A stretch of DNA of 59,637 bases, the filler included, from Basidioascus undulatus (taxonomy: Eukaryota), in NCBI GenBank assembly GCA_000826855.1. It is 3 parts of 3 records of this genome, joined end to end, with 100 filler letters (N's around TTAATTAATTAA, not from the genome) between each part and the next. Parts side by side here need not be neighbours in the genome. Positions count along the whole stretch, not along the records: positions 19,925 to 39,740 come from JTLS01000396.1; 2 more parts are not named here. The stretch is one strand, 5' to 3'. Under the pieces are notes generated by a model, which had not been told where the DNA came from, did no database searches, and saw nothing but the letters and a program-made list of their open reading frames with translations. The translations under genes were made by a program, and so were the position numbers. Below are positions 23,933 to 35,882 of this stretch, piece after piece (the stretch's first letter is position 1; each line of letters opens with the position of its first letter).

Positions 23933-24379
23933 AGGACTTGACTTCATTTTTCACTCTTCATCTTCTATCTTCTCTCTGCTGGTTCTCAAACGTGTTGTCG
24001 TCAATCATTCCCTGCTTCTCTTCCCTCGCTCGCTATTTGCATTACTCCTTCTTTTCGCTCGGTCGTTTGCTGTCTGTATCAAAAAGAACTGGCGATTTCA
24101 AGGTTGCTTGGAGCTGTTTAGTTCCGGGTTCAGACCCCGAGATGGTTGTGAACGAACGAGGCGTCAGTGTTGAAGCAAATGTGTACCCAGAAAGCCGCGA
24201 TTGCGAAGTCTCGTGTTTATATCGTCCTGGCTTATGTCGGAAAGGTTCAAAATATGTTAAGAGTGGCTGTTACTTTTGCCCGCCTGAAGCATGCGTAGCA
24301 GTTAGGGTGGTCCTGCACCGCAACCAAGGAAGGTGTGTCACATCGGGTCCCAATGAATGGATGAGCGGAAGTGACATCT

Positions 24380-25083
24380 TCATGCTCTGGCTCTTCTTCT
24401 TCGTTCTCCCCATGGGCTTAGTAGCAGGGCCTTCTTCGGATGCCTCAGTCTCGAAATGGATCTGTCCCCCATCTGCACCGCTTCCGCTTCCAGCATGAAC
24501 GGCCAGCCCAGGACCCTTGCAGGTTGAGGCGGAGGAAGCCGCCTGAGAAGAGAGTGAAGACAGGGGTAGCGTCTGCCTGCACGCCGGAAGATGCGGACAT
24601 GATCCCGATGAGGACGACGGCGAGCGCGGCGAGGGCGGGTCCGCAAGGGGCCTGCATTGATGTGACAGACATCAAGGAGCGGTGGGGAACTGTAGCTTGA
24701 TCAACCAAGGTTGGCAAAGGTGAGGGAGGCGGAGAGCGGGAAGAAGACGAGTGCGGTCAACATGCAAAGCCCCGAGCCGCACGCGGGTACAGTCGCGCCG
24801 ACAGCGCCGCTGTCGAAGGGAGGGGAAACTGCCCGTACCTTCGCCTCAGTAAGAACAAGCGTGCGAAGACCTTCTGGACTCGTAGAAGGCAAAGAATGCG
24901 GGTATCCCTAAGTATTCCGAGAAACAGACGGGGACGAAAGAAGTCCGGAAGAGCGCAGGAAATGACATAGACTGCGCGGACTCCCGATGCTGTTTTGGCG
25001 CAGCTGCAACATAGCTGAGGAGGACCAGCAACGCGGGTCGAGGGCCAACAAGGAGCTGTTGATGTGGACGTAGACGAGTACAT
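24380..25083 (-). pseudogene. Possible decayed membrane-protein gene
   Basis: Hydrophobic segments (CMLTALVFFPLS; ALAALAVVLIGIM; IPAFFAFY) lie in different frames separated by stops. Family not identified. Confidence 0.25.
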
Positions 25084-25289
25084 GGGTTGGGGAGGGCGAG
25101 GCTAACCAGTACGGGGTGACAGCTTGTCATATCGCATGCCGCTCGAAGCCAGGACTCCTTCCACAGTCGTGTTCAAATTTCGCTTGCGAGGTGGAAGGAC
25201 AGGAGGGAGGGCAACATCACGGACTACGGAATCTCCGGTGAGTAATTGCTTTTCCTCTCTGCCTCCGGGACTCGCGTGCTGCGTGCTGA

Positions 25290-25790
25290 AGTTTCGCGAG
25301 CAATGGACGCCCTTGCATGGCGGTGGGGCTTGGAACTATAAATGTGGAGATGAATCACTGGGTACGCTTCGATCAAGGAGCACCGAAGTTCCGTACTGAG
25401 CTGAATCCCGTTCTGCGTCTTGACAAAAGCAATTTGCGCTAAGATACCCAAGGTCGACATCCTGTCCGCTCTCTTCTCTTCGCGGACGGAGATCAGGAGA
25501 GGAGGGAAGCTAAGAATTGATTTCCCTGGCACAGAATCACTCAAGCGCCCCGGCCGGCATCCAAGACGTCGCGTGCGACGGCGAGCACGTCGGCTGCGAA
25601 GCGCTGCGGGACCGTATTGCCGTCACTCGAACGCGCCTACATGTGTCAGTTTCGATATTTTTCAAACCTCATATATCCTAATCACCGACCGAATGCAAAA
25701 GCGGTCAGTGTGGGGCACATCCACGACGCGCGCGGCGTGACCGTCCGGCAATGGCCTGACACGCAGACGATAGTGTCAACGCGAGCAACG
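25290..25790 (+). pseudogene. Calcineurin-like metallophosphoesterase (MPPED-like) remnant
   Basis: WTPLHGGGAWNY, IPKVDIL|ITQAP (consensus DILITHGPP), frameshift, GIQDVACDGEHVGCEALRDRI...RLH, GHIHDARG (consensus HVGC...RPRLHVFGHIHE). Confidence 0.7.
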
Positions 25791-26029
25791 CCGGACGGCG
25801 CGACGACCCGAAGGAAGCGGGGAGGTTTGGAGGGAAGGGTCTCTTTCAGATAATTTTGACCTGAAGGACGAGAGTTGAATGAACAAGCTTTTGCGATTGG
25901 ACGCTCGTAATGACCAGGCCTGCCAATCCGCGAAAACGCCCCCGATTGTCAATCTCTTTCGGAGGTTGCAAATGCGCACAATGTCTGAATATTTCGCAAC
26001 ACCGAATTAATAGGTGCCTACAACTTCAC

Positions 26030-27443
26030 TCGCTTGATCCAAGAGTCGATTGAGAAGCTCCTTCGCAGTCGCCCTCGCCTCAGGTTGTAGCTTCAAGCAC
26101 CTCCTCAGGAACGCCTCAACCGCCTCCCTTTCCGCCTGGTCCAGAGGCGGAGCATCTCTGGCGAGGCACTCGCCCAGAAGCAGCTTCGGCTCGAGGTGTG
26201 TCGTGAAGTGCGCAAAGTTTTCAGTCGCGGCAAGTCAGTCGGAGCGCCGAACGAGAGAGCAGGGATGAGGTACAGCCCGCTTACCGTCTTCCTTGAAATA
26301 CAGATCCTGTGCTTATTTTCTTCCAGCATGTCGGCGGGGAACCTCTCGCCAAGCGCCTCGGTCATGCGCGCCAAGTGGTCCTTGTCCCTCGTCCAGTCTG
26401 ACTCGGAGGTGGGCTCGAACAGCCAGCAGCCGGTGACGAGCTCGTAAACCTATCGCATATAACAAAAAATTACGAAAATTGTCCAGTGAGCGTTTTCGGG
26501 AAACGAGGGTTGCAGGCTTGGGTGTTGGGACAGATGGACGAGACATCCAAGGTTCCAAATGTAATGTCCACGTCGGTCCCGCAGGAGTAGACCATCGAAG
26601 GTTAGGAAACTACGTACGCGACGACGAGGTCGAGGTCGATCGACCGGGCGAAAGATGATGTTGTTGTGCTTGAGATCTGCGCAGGGCGAGATAGCTCGGA
26701 AGGGAGAAATTCGAGAACACGGACGTACAGGTGCGGGCATTTCCATAGTCATTGTGAAGGTAGTCAAGCGCCAGGAGGAGCTGGCCGACGATGCGCCTGG
26801 TGATAGCCATTGTGAGCTGCATCTCTATCTGAACTTTCCTGAAGTAGTTGAGGTTGAACCCGAGCGCCTCCGTTACAATGCATCGGTGCTCTCCATGCGG
26901 GCTGTCTAACGCGAACGACTCAATGAACTCGATGAAGTGGCGACGACCAGGGTGCGTAGAACGCGATCTGGACCATCTTCTCGAAGAAGGGAATCTCGTT
27001 GCTCGCTTGAGGGTGTGTGTCCCTTCGGCGGTCAGTATCTTGAGCGCCACGAACTGATCCTGCCTGGGAAGGTGTGCACAGCGGTGGGTCAGCTTGATGA
27101 AAGGGAAAGCAAGCTGTAAAGTATTCAACACACGACAAATCTCGCGCAAGCCAGAATTCGAGTATATTCCCCACCCCAGTTTACGGACGATCACGTATTA
27201 CCCGTCGAGGAGCGGCTCTCCAAGCCAGGCCGGGTAGTAGCCCGGGTTGTCGTCGCCTCCTTCGCCCGCCGGACGCAAGTCCTTCTCAGGGAGGCCTGGA
27301 TCGTCCTCGACGGATGAGCTGGACCATGAATCCGAGGAAGGAGACCCGTCGTCAATAGAACATAACGAAGACCGCCCAGAAAGCTCGGCGAGGCGGTCGT
27401 GAAAGTCGCGGTAGTGGATCGCGGGCGATTCGAAAGAAGACAT
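26030..27443 (-). pseudogene. SRPK/Sky1-like protein kinase pseudogene
   Basis: GYYPAWLGEPLLDG*YVIVRKLGWG (TAA at 27198-27200), frameshift before WLARD (~27155), FVALKIL, HPGRRH...HRCIVTEALG, QLLLALDYLH. Catalytic loop degraded to RTYLKHNN and no DFG region found. Later IWNLGCL, ELVTGCWLFEP, HLARMTEALG. Confidence 0.88.
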
Positions 27444-28665
27444 CCGATGCGGGCAGGCCGAGCCGCGAACAAGCGAGTGGCTAGGAAGTGTGAGCGGACT
27501 GGGATGGATCTATATGGCAGGCGCATGGACAAAACGAGACCACGGGTGGGAAGTGACGAAGGGTGAAAGCAATGCGCGGATGCGATTGAAGCCACAGCCG
27601 AATTTCCTGGGAGTTTCACGTCAGTCAGCTCGGACGACCTGAAGTCAATAATGATGCAGAAAAATGTTCGGGGTATACTAGTCAGTTAATCTAGAAGCAA
27701 GTAGAGTTCACCACATACCACGGCGCTTTGGTGGAAGCGTCGCAGCTTGCAGCGCCGTCGAGACAGTAACGAAGCTCTCGATACCACTAAGGACGCGCTG
27801 CACGAGATGCAGCAAACTAGCAGGGCATGCGCAGTGCGGTGCAATGGAGACCATCAGTCGTGCATCCACTCAGCATCTCCCAACCCGTCACGGGCTTCAA
27901 TTCTCAGTCCTCCTGGTCAGATCAATCACCCGTCCGTCGTACATCGGCTCGATCCTCTTGGCAGGTTGATGGGTAGCCGGCTAACCTCGAGCTCGATCCC
28001 CTGTACTGCATGAGGAAAACGAAACATTACAAAAGGTCAAGAACACTCCACACCGTCGAAGGTCAGCTCCCTCGTTCTATAGCGCTTGTGCGACTGTTCC
28101 TTCAGGCCGTCGTTCCGGACCGTCCTGAGCGCGTCGAAGTTGCGAAAGATTTAGCATATCATATAACATCCTTTTCCATCGAGAAACGCTGGATTGACTG
28201 AATGCGGGCCGGGACGAGGAGCCGGGTAAAGCGGCGTGGACTACCGGTCTCCGACTCGTTCGGGGACGGGCAGGTTATCGGAGGAAACGGGAAACTGGCG
28301 AACGTGCTAGACGTGAGAGGAGCGAGAGGGTTGAGGGGTGAGCTTGGCAGTGAGGTCAGTTGACGATGATGCGCGGACGCGAAGCGAGCGTTGAACGGTG
28401 CGCAATCCGACCAGTGCGTGAGGGACGAATGAGGCGATGATAGGCTTGAGCAACGAGTGAACGCCTGGAGTCGATCGAGTTACGCGAAGTGAGTGTGAGC
28501 GACGACCTCAGTTCCCCCACTCCTTCATCGTCAGCTACTCCCGCCCGTGCCTTCCTCCACACCTGTCCACCCAGACCTAGCAAACCACCGCGTTCTACCG
28601 AGCCGTCCATGCTTCTGCGTCCAAGCGTCCAAGGTGTACACTCCTCCGCCTCGATCCACCCTGGC

Positions 28666-29175
28666 TCAGTGGTGCTCCTCGCCGTGGCCGTTGCCGTGGT
28701 GGTGATCCCACGGGTGCTCCCAGCCCTGCGGAAGAGAAGGGAGGATGTGAGCAATGTAGAACCGCAGGATGCGGGAGAGCGATGCGAGGGCGCAGGGATT
28801 GCGGAGAAGGGAGCCGAGTCTCCCACTTCGCGTTATCCCGCTTCTAGACTGCGCCGGTACGACTACAAATAATATCAGGTGCGTCCGAGAAACTCACCAG
28901 CAGGTGCGGCAGGTCCTGCCTGTTCCCGGCCACCCTCCCGCTCATCAGCTTCCATGCTCCCCCACCCCGCTCTCCCTGCCCAACGTACCGTCCGCGGTAG
29001 AAGATCCAGAACCACATAGTCGCGCCAAGAGCCTTGCCCACGAAGCGGTGGAAGACGGGGGGCTTGGGGGGGTTGAAGCCTGTTACCGGCCCGTTCGAGC
29101 TTAGCCAACGCTGCAAGAAGCGGGGGAAGGGGCGAAGGAGGAGGTACCGGGTCCGGCGTAGCCTGCGCCTGCCAT
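28666..29175 (-). CDS. NDUFB2: NADH:ubiquinone oxidoreductase accessory subunit B2 (AGGG), 4 exons
   Basis: MAGAGYAGPGFNPPKPPVFHRFVGKALGATMWFWIFYRGRQDLPHLLGWEHPWDHHHGNGHGEEHH*; family motif GATMWFWIFYR...GW.HPW. Confidence 0.9.
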
Positions 29176-29415
29176 TTCGATGATTCTGCACGTGAAGGTT
29201 GGGTGCCGATATGAGCACGGAGAGTTGTGTGGGGTCTGGAGCAAGCGAGACGGACTGATGGAGGGGAGGGGAGCAAGGGGGTGATGGGCGGAGGTAGGGA
29301 GCGAGAGAGCGCCTGAACGGGCCTCTCGGCTCGCACGCGTTTACTGGCTTCCTGCCTTGTCTTCTCGCTTGACCTCCTTGAACTTGCTCCTTCGTATCTT
29401 TACGCACAACTCGCC

Positions 29416-30044
29416 ATGTTTTCCTGGCTCACATCCTCCTCATCATCACCGGCGACATCCTCCTCAGACTCTCAATCAGAGCCGGCGACCACCTCCACAC
29501 CGACCTCTCAGCCAGCCGCTTCAGTCCCCGTCTCCTCCCGGCCGTTCGCCTCCATCCAAGCCGAAGAAGATGCCCGCCTACGGGCAGAGCTGCCCACGCC
29601 AGCTGAAGTCCCCGGCTGCCTGACCCTCTTCGACACCTACCTCACCTGCTACAGTCCGTCTTCCTTTTCACCAGACCCTTCTCCCGGCGCTCACCTCAGC
29701 GCCATCCCGCAGTGCTCCGCCCCCAACTCCTCAGCATCTACCGCTATGGCGAGTACTCCGAGTGCAGCGTGAAATTGGAGGACTTCAAGTGGTGCATGGC
29801 GCAGAAGGGGCTCGACGCCGAGGGAAGACGCGATGCGTGGATCCAGCGCAGGGCCGAGTGGTGGGCTCGCCGGAGGACGGAGAGGAGCAGTGAGGACGTG
29901 TGGAATATCAGAAAGTGCGTGCCTGTCTCTGTCCAGGTCATGGGGAATGGAGAGCTGGGAGTTGACAGGGTGGGTCACAGAGAACCGCTGGAGAACTTCC
30001 CGCCGACGGGCGAGATCGTCTTGGAGGAGACGCTGGCGACGTGA
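29416..30044 (+). CDS. EMI1: Emi1/DUF3128 twin CX9C protein, 3 exons
   Basis: CLTLFDTYLTC and CSVKLEDFKWC (two CX9C), QLLSIYRYGEYSEC, SSEDVWNIRKEP. Confidence 0.85.
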
Positions 30045-30863
30045 CGCTCGATGCATTGCCATGGATTTTTGATCGCCTTGTGGTTATCATCTCGAGTCAC
30101 TCTCACACCCACTCACGCTTCACTGGACTCCCTCTCTCCAACTCAAGGGTGCTCGACTTCGCGGTTGTCTTCGATCGTCTCGTACTGATCAGCTCCTGTG
30201 CGCATTATAGTGCTACTTAGACCAGTGTAACCCTATAGCTCACCACCTATGATGCTTTTATGTTCTGATTTGATAATGCTCACCTTTATTTCCGCAGCAG
30301 TCGAATGCTACCGCTGTAGCCGCCGCGGTCCAGCCTCGACGCCTTATCGACTGCCTTTCGAGATTAACCGTCTTGCCTCTCGCGCTGCTTAATACTCTCT
30401 TCGAATGCGTCTGTCGTTCCAAGCTCGGATTCGCATTTCAATCGGCGACATTTCATCTGTGGTTCGGCAGCCTGAGCGTCAGCGGGAAGTTCAGACTATC
30501 GCTCGCTTATCCATCTAAGCACGGCCTTTCCCCCCTTCCATCATTCCATACTCTTCCTGTGGCACCGCTGCCACAATCGCACACCTCGACGGCAACACTC
30601 TGACAAACCCATCACAGCTTCGGCCGCGAGGCAGCCTTTACCCGTCTCCCTCGTGCTGTCTCGCATGTCTTCTCCATACGAAACGCACCCAGCCTGGCAC
30701 ACTGCCTCTCCCAGGTTTCATTCGCACTACTGGCACACATAGAACAAGGGCAATTCGTATATCATTTTCTCTCTTGGTATCGTCGTCGTCTCCCACCTCG
30801 TGCTCATCACACTCGTTCCTTCTTCCTCCTCTGCCCCCCGACAGTCCCTCCCTCGCTCACGAC

Positions 30864-31789
30864 TCAAACCACCCCAGCGGCTCGTTGGTGTCGAACGCGA
30901 CGCCGCCCTGCTCGCCCGGGCGCGAGTGCAGGCTGTGAAATTTGACATCCCAACTGTCGTCCTCGCGGTGCTTCTTGAACGCGCTGTGTTTTTCCGTCCA
31001 GATTGGTTTCGTCCGTCACCATGCTGTGCAGGTCATAGTAGAGGAGGAACGGGAGAGAGCGTACCGGACGTGGACGCAAGACTGCGTAAATGTAAGGGAG
31101 GGAGTCAAGAGTAGCTCGGCGGAAACAGGGGGGCGGGGTAAGGCGCACGTCTTTCACACTGTCCTCGTCGACTTGGATCTTGCTGTGCGAAGCGTAAGAG
31201 AGGCAGCGTCAGCGTCCGGCCCGAACGTCTGCAGCGTTGCACTGACCCGATATAAACGCTTCCCGTCGGGCTCTGGATCTGTGCTCACACCCCTCACTGT
31301 ATCAGCATCTTTGTAGTGTGCACATGCAGATGAAAAAGATCCGACACACCACCCAGCTCTTGAGCGGCCTCCAAATCTCAATCTCGATGTCCTGAGACTT
31401 GTCCGTCCCGTGCTTGTGGTCGTCCTTCTTGATCCTCCTGATCTGTTCCCCAAGCTTCTCATCAGATCTTAGCTGTCTTAAAGTAATCCCTGTGTTTCAG
31501 TACCTCCTTCAGAGCGTCCCTCTTGACCTCGGGCTCGTTGAACACCTCCAGCGCCTTCGCCGAGACGTCCTGGACCTGTTCCCCGCGGTACTGCACGTGA
31601 GCTGCAAGCAGCAGCGCTGCTGAGAGTGGAACAGAGCGTACAGGCTCGATCTCGTAGTGCCCAGGCGGGAGCTGGCCCATTGGAAGCGCACCGTCGTGGT
31701 TCTCCTTGGCTAGGTTAGACTGTCCGCAGCGTCCAGCGTAGTCAGACGGGGTGGGCGGGTAGAAGGGGAGGGACGCTACGGCCCACCAT
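30864..31789 (-). pseudogene. Orphan multi-exon gene with a frameshift
   Basis: Coding-like exons bounded by GT-AG introns. The frame ...HRDYFKTAKI stops at 31462 while DEKLGEQIRRIKKDDH continues in a shifted frame. Confidence 0.45.
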
Positions 31790-33499
31790 TGTGGCTTTGT
31801 TGGGTATTTTGGGGTGAAGATGCGGATGCGCCGGTGGTGTTGGTTCTGGATGAAAGACGGTGAGGGTGAGGGACGGACATGGCGTCACAGTCCAGGGTCG
31901 CAACGTGGCTGCGGAGGCGGCCCGTGCTGCACTGTCATAGCACAGCTTGGCACAGCAACTTCTTCGAAACTCAGCACTGAAATGCGAAGGGAAATGGTGC
32001 AGAGTGTGCGCAATAGCTGAAAGGCGAGGAGAGGCGATAATTGAAGAACGCACTTGAAAGGAGGAACGGAATACGCAATCGAATGTGAAACACATTCACT
32101 CAACATCCGCGTGTATGGAACGAGTAGCATTGCTCTGCTTATACCTCGTGAACGATTTCGGCTGTCGGTAGTCAAGGTGTCAAGGCTGCTAGCAGGTGGA
32201 TTCGAGCTGAAACCAATTAGTTCCCCGTAGCAGCAGTGGGATCCGTTTGCGGTGGTCATCGTCAAACTACTCAGATGCAACAGAGAATGCGTGTTGCTCG
32301 AAGAATGTACAACACGAGAAGCATTGGTCAAGAAGTAGCTACAGACGACCAGCGCCCAGGCCCAAGAACAACCGACGAAGAGCCCGACCCAACGGGGGCG
32401 ATGGTCAGACTGCTGGGACGTAGCTCGGGTGCAGGTCACCGATACACCAGTCCTTCGTCAGTGACCATGCGCGGCGGCAGGTCTGACAGCCAAGGACGCA
32501 CCTTCTTCTCAAGCCTGTGGTCGCGCAGCCCCGCGGCCCTCGTGCGGTTTTCGCGCGCGTTGTAGATGAACGCGGCGAGTACAATGATGAACAGGCTTCC
32601 CAACACCTTTCAGTCCAAGTCAAATAAAAAAGCTGAAGTGAAAGAGGCACGCGATGCAGGTGCAGAGGTTGATGGAGCTGCCGATGGCTGTGCAGTACAG
32701 GGACCATGAGCGACGGCCACATGACGATGAAGAAGGTAAGAGAAGTTACGAATGGTTCGGAGCTGTGTGTCCATGCCCAGGCGTCAGCCCTACGATACAG
32801 TGGACAGACTTGTGCGGCGCACGCGAGTAAGCGCTGTTTTCGGGTGTCGAGCGCAATTCCGGCGCGCACCGAAACACAGGATGCCAAAGCGGAAGACTGC
32901 GCCGAAGCGTGACATAACATCAGCGGATTTGCCGAAAGTGCAATATAGGAGAAATCCTCGACGCACCCAGCTCATTTCCCTTATAGAAGCGTGAAAGGTA
33001 GACGCCCCACGCCTGCAGGAGGGACAAGCATCGGCGCCTGACGGCCCGGCTCAAAGCGAAGAATGGCCTACCGGAATGACACCACGCTGTTGAAAACAGC
33101 AGGTTCATAAAAAATCACCCATATTCAAGGCCAGTTGCGAGAGACGCACCTCGGCTATAGCCACCAGAATGCGCACGAAAAGCAGGCCGCCGAAGTTCTG
33201 AACGAAGGTGGTCAAGATGGTGCTGGGACGACGATCAGAAAGTCAGCATGCTCTCGGTGTTGCGGAGATAGACAAACGGACGAACAGGATTCTGAAAGCC
33301 ACAAGTAGGACAGGAAGGTCGATCTACGCGCCGATCCTGGCAAAGACGACCGCGTCCCAATCGTTCAGCCGCGCACGTATGCCGGAAAGGAGGACGGGGC
33401 ACATCCAGATTACTTACGTTTGATTGGGATCTAGGGGAGGGGTAGGTACATCAGTCTGTCAAGACCCAGGGAGGCCCTCCTACACTCATCACAAGCACG

Positions 33500-34954
33500 A
33501 CAACAGCCTGTAACGTCCGCACAATGGTTCAGCAAAGGTTCAAGAAATCGAGCAAGTGAAGGCCTCGGACGCACAGCGCCTCAGCGTCAAGAGAGTGTTG
33601 AGCTGAAGCCCTTCGAGACCTGGAACCCAGAACGGCATCAGAAGAGGAGGCGTCGACCAGTTCGAACCCTACCGCACCGATCTCCTCGGGCATCCCAGCA
33701 ACCAGCGCGTTGGAGAGAGCCGAACCGCCCATCGCCCTAGCGAATACAAATTCAGATCAGTCATAAGCGGACTATTCTTGACGAGAACGTCCTTACATGA
33801 TGAGCTGAAGGAGGAAGGCGAACGAGATGAGGCGCAAGTCCAGCTGTCCCGTCGACGCATTCAGCCACCACAGCACGTCCCGATCGACTGAATTTGCGAA
33901 AATTATCTTGCGCATAATGCGAAGCTCAATCGCCGCGTCGATGACCACAGGGATCTGAGAGTCGCCCTTCGCGGCGATGGACATCGAGTCCAGCGAAGGC
34001 GAGCGCTTCACTGTAGCGCGCTATGACAACTCCCGTATTGTCCTGAGGACCCACCGGAACAGCTGTAAGAGAGCACACTTTGAGTCAGCGGGAAGGGGGA
34101 GACCTGTGTACGTGTACAGGGCGAATAGGTCAAGCTGGGAGCCGCACCTGAGCCCTCGACAAACGCACCCTGCGCCCAGCTGAAATGATGCCCGATGAGC
34201 TCTGCAGCTCGCATGATCTCCTCCTCCTGGCGTTTGTCCTGTCTCGCCTTTTGCATAGTAAGCTCGATGAGGTGGCGTATAGTCGACGAGCGGAGCCTGG
34301 CGTCCGTGGCGCTCCACATCAGCGAAGCACGCCGGCCACTGTCCGTCGCCGCGTCGACATTCTCCAACGCGAGCATGATCGAGTCCATCTCTGACTCTAG
34401 CGCCTGCAAGTCGCGGTTCAAATTTGCCCATGTACTCGTCATCCGCCTGTATCGCCTTTCCGAGCTCGCTGAACCGATTCTGCAGCCCGCCAAAGAGGAG
34501 TTGATATAGGACCAGCAGGACGGTCCGAGCGTTTCCGGACGTTGAGAACTGGGAGTATTGACGACGTGTTGATGCTCGAGAATGTCCATCCATACGAGGA
34601 TGGTGAGCTCGGACTTGCGTCCCTGAGGCGAATGGAAGAGCGCGATTGACTGCTGCTAGGCCAGCGTCACCGCGCAAGCAGGCGAGGATTCTGGGCATTG
34701 CGCTGGTATTGATCGACATGATTTGGTTCCTGTAAAGATTCAAAAAGATGGACCAGCAGGTCTGGTGGTCGACTAGTGGGCACAATGGTGTGGACTGTAA
34801 AGAGTCCCCAGCTAGAGGTGGGACAGCGCGTCGCTTCGAGCGTGCGCACTTCGAGTATGCCGATTCGATCGAAACGAATGACGATATTGGGTTGAGGCCT
34901 GGTAATGGTCTTTTGGATGAGAGCGAGGCGGTGGTTATGTATGGAGGACGACAA
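33500..34954 (-). pseudogene. Orphan gene remnant
   Basis: Helical coding-like blocks (LYQLLFGGLQNRFSELGKAI / DLQALESEMDSIMLALE / IPVVIDAAIELRIMRKII) lie in shifting frames with internal stops; at least one GT-AG intron. Confidence 0.4.
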
Positions 34955-35316
34955 GGGCGACCGTTCCTCCCAGCTTCCTGGGTATTTGCGCGTGATTTGT
35001 GCTCATGCGCAAGTAGGTACGATGAAACTTGACGGAATTGGATGGAGTTGAATGCAACCTTCTCGCTCGTGGCACCGGCAACTCCGTCCTCAGGTCTTGC
35101 TCAAGGGGGCACTTCTCGCGCTGCGACCAACTTCTGTATTATGGCCTTTTTTTTGACATATTTTCTCGCCAATTTGCGAAAAATGTGAATGACTGCCCAC
35201 AGCTTGCAGTGCGTAGTCGTGTCACTTGGCTCAATACCCTAATAAGTCTGTTTCAAAGTAACTCCGAAGCAAATATCTGTTTTTATGTCACAGTATGAAG
35301 GAACTACCGTCCAACC

Positions 35317-35882
35317 TTGGGGGTCTCTGTGCCAGTGCCCTCAATTGCGCAGCTAAGCACGACGACCCTAACCAGCGCTTCTTCACGGTCCGAGACGACG
35401 AGCTCGCCGACATCCGGGCAAGCTCCGGGCGCCCTTGCCGACAGACTCAAAAATGACAAATGCTTCGATATCCACGACAGCGACGAAGAGCTTGCGCGGG
35501 CTATTTATCTTCATTCTCCACCGAGGCTTTGACGACAACGAGCTCCAGATCGCGTTCGAATTGGTCATCCTCCAGCTCAACTACCAGGCCTCGCACCCGT
35601 CCTTCGAGCCCCTCACGGATATCTTCCCATCCTTCCGTCCCGCATTGAAGGGGGACCCATCCGCGTCCCCGTCGCTTTTCCCGCCGTCATCGAGCAGATC
35701 CGCACCGCTGCCGGTACGCCTCCTTCGGGGTCCTGTTGCTGCTGACTCTTGAGCTGACCACTTTTTTTCTTTCAGAATGTTTGAGAATTGGGAATGTCGG
35801 AGTCCTTTCGGGGTTCATGCTCGCCTACGCGAACTGGTTCGTCGACACCGTTGACAATAACATGAGCGCTGCTGCGGCTTGA
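35317..35882 (+). pseudogene. Orphan gene remnant
   Basis: DSDEELARA / FILHRGFDDNELQIAFELVILQL / IRVPVAFPAVIEQIRTAA fall in three successive frames, then intron GTACGC...GCTGAC...CAG and exon ECLRIGNVGVLSGF...*. Confidence 0.4.

Noticed and set aside
30245..30275. ATGATG...CTGA as a possible C/D snoRNA
   Set aside because: The C box is imperfect and the spacing is far too short.
32330..32920. Possible further gene remnants here and near 28000-28340 and 36300-36700
   Set aside because: Splice-like signals are present, but I could not build a consistent model or assign a family.
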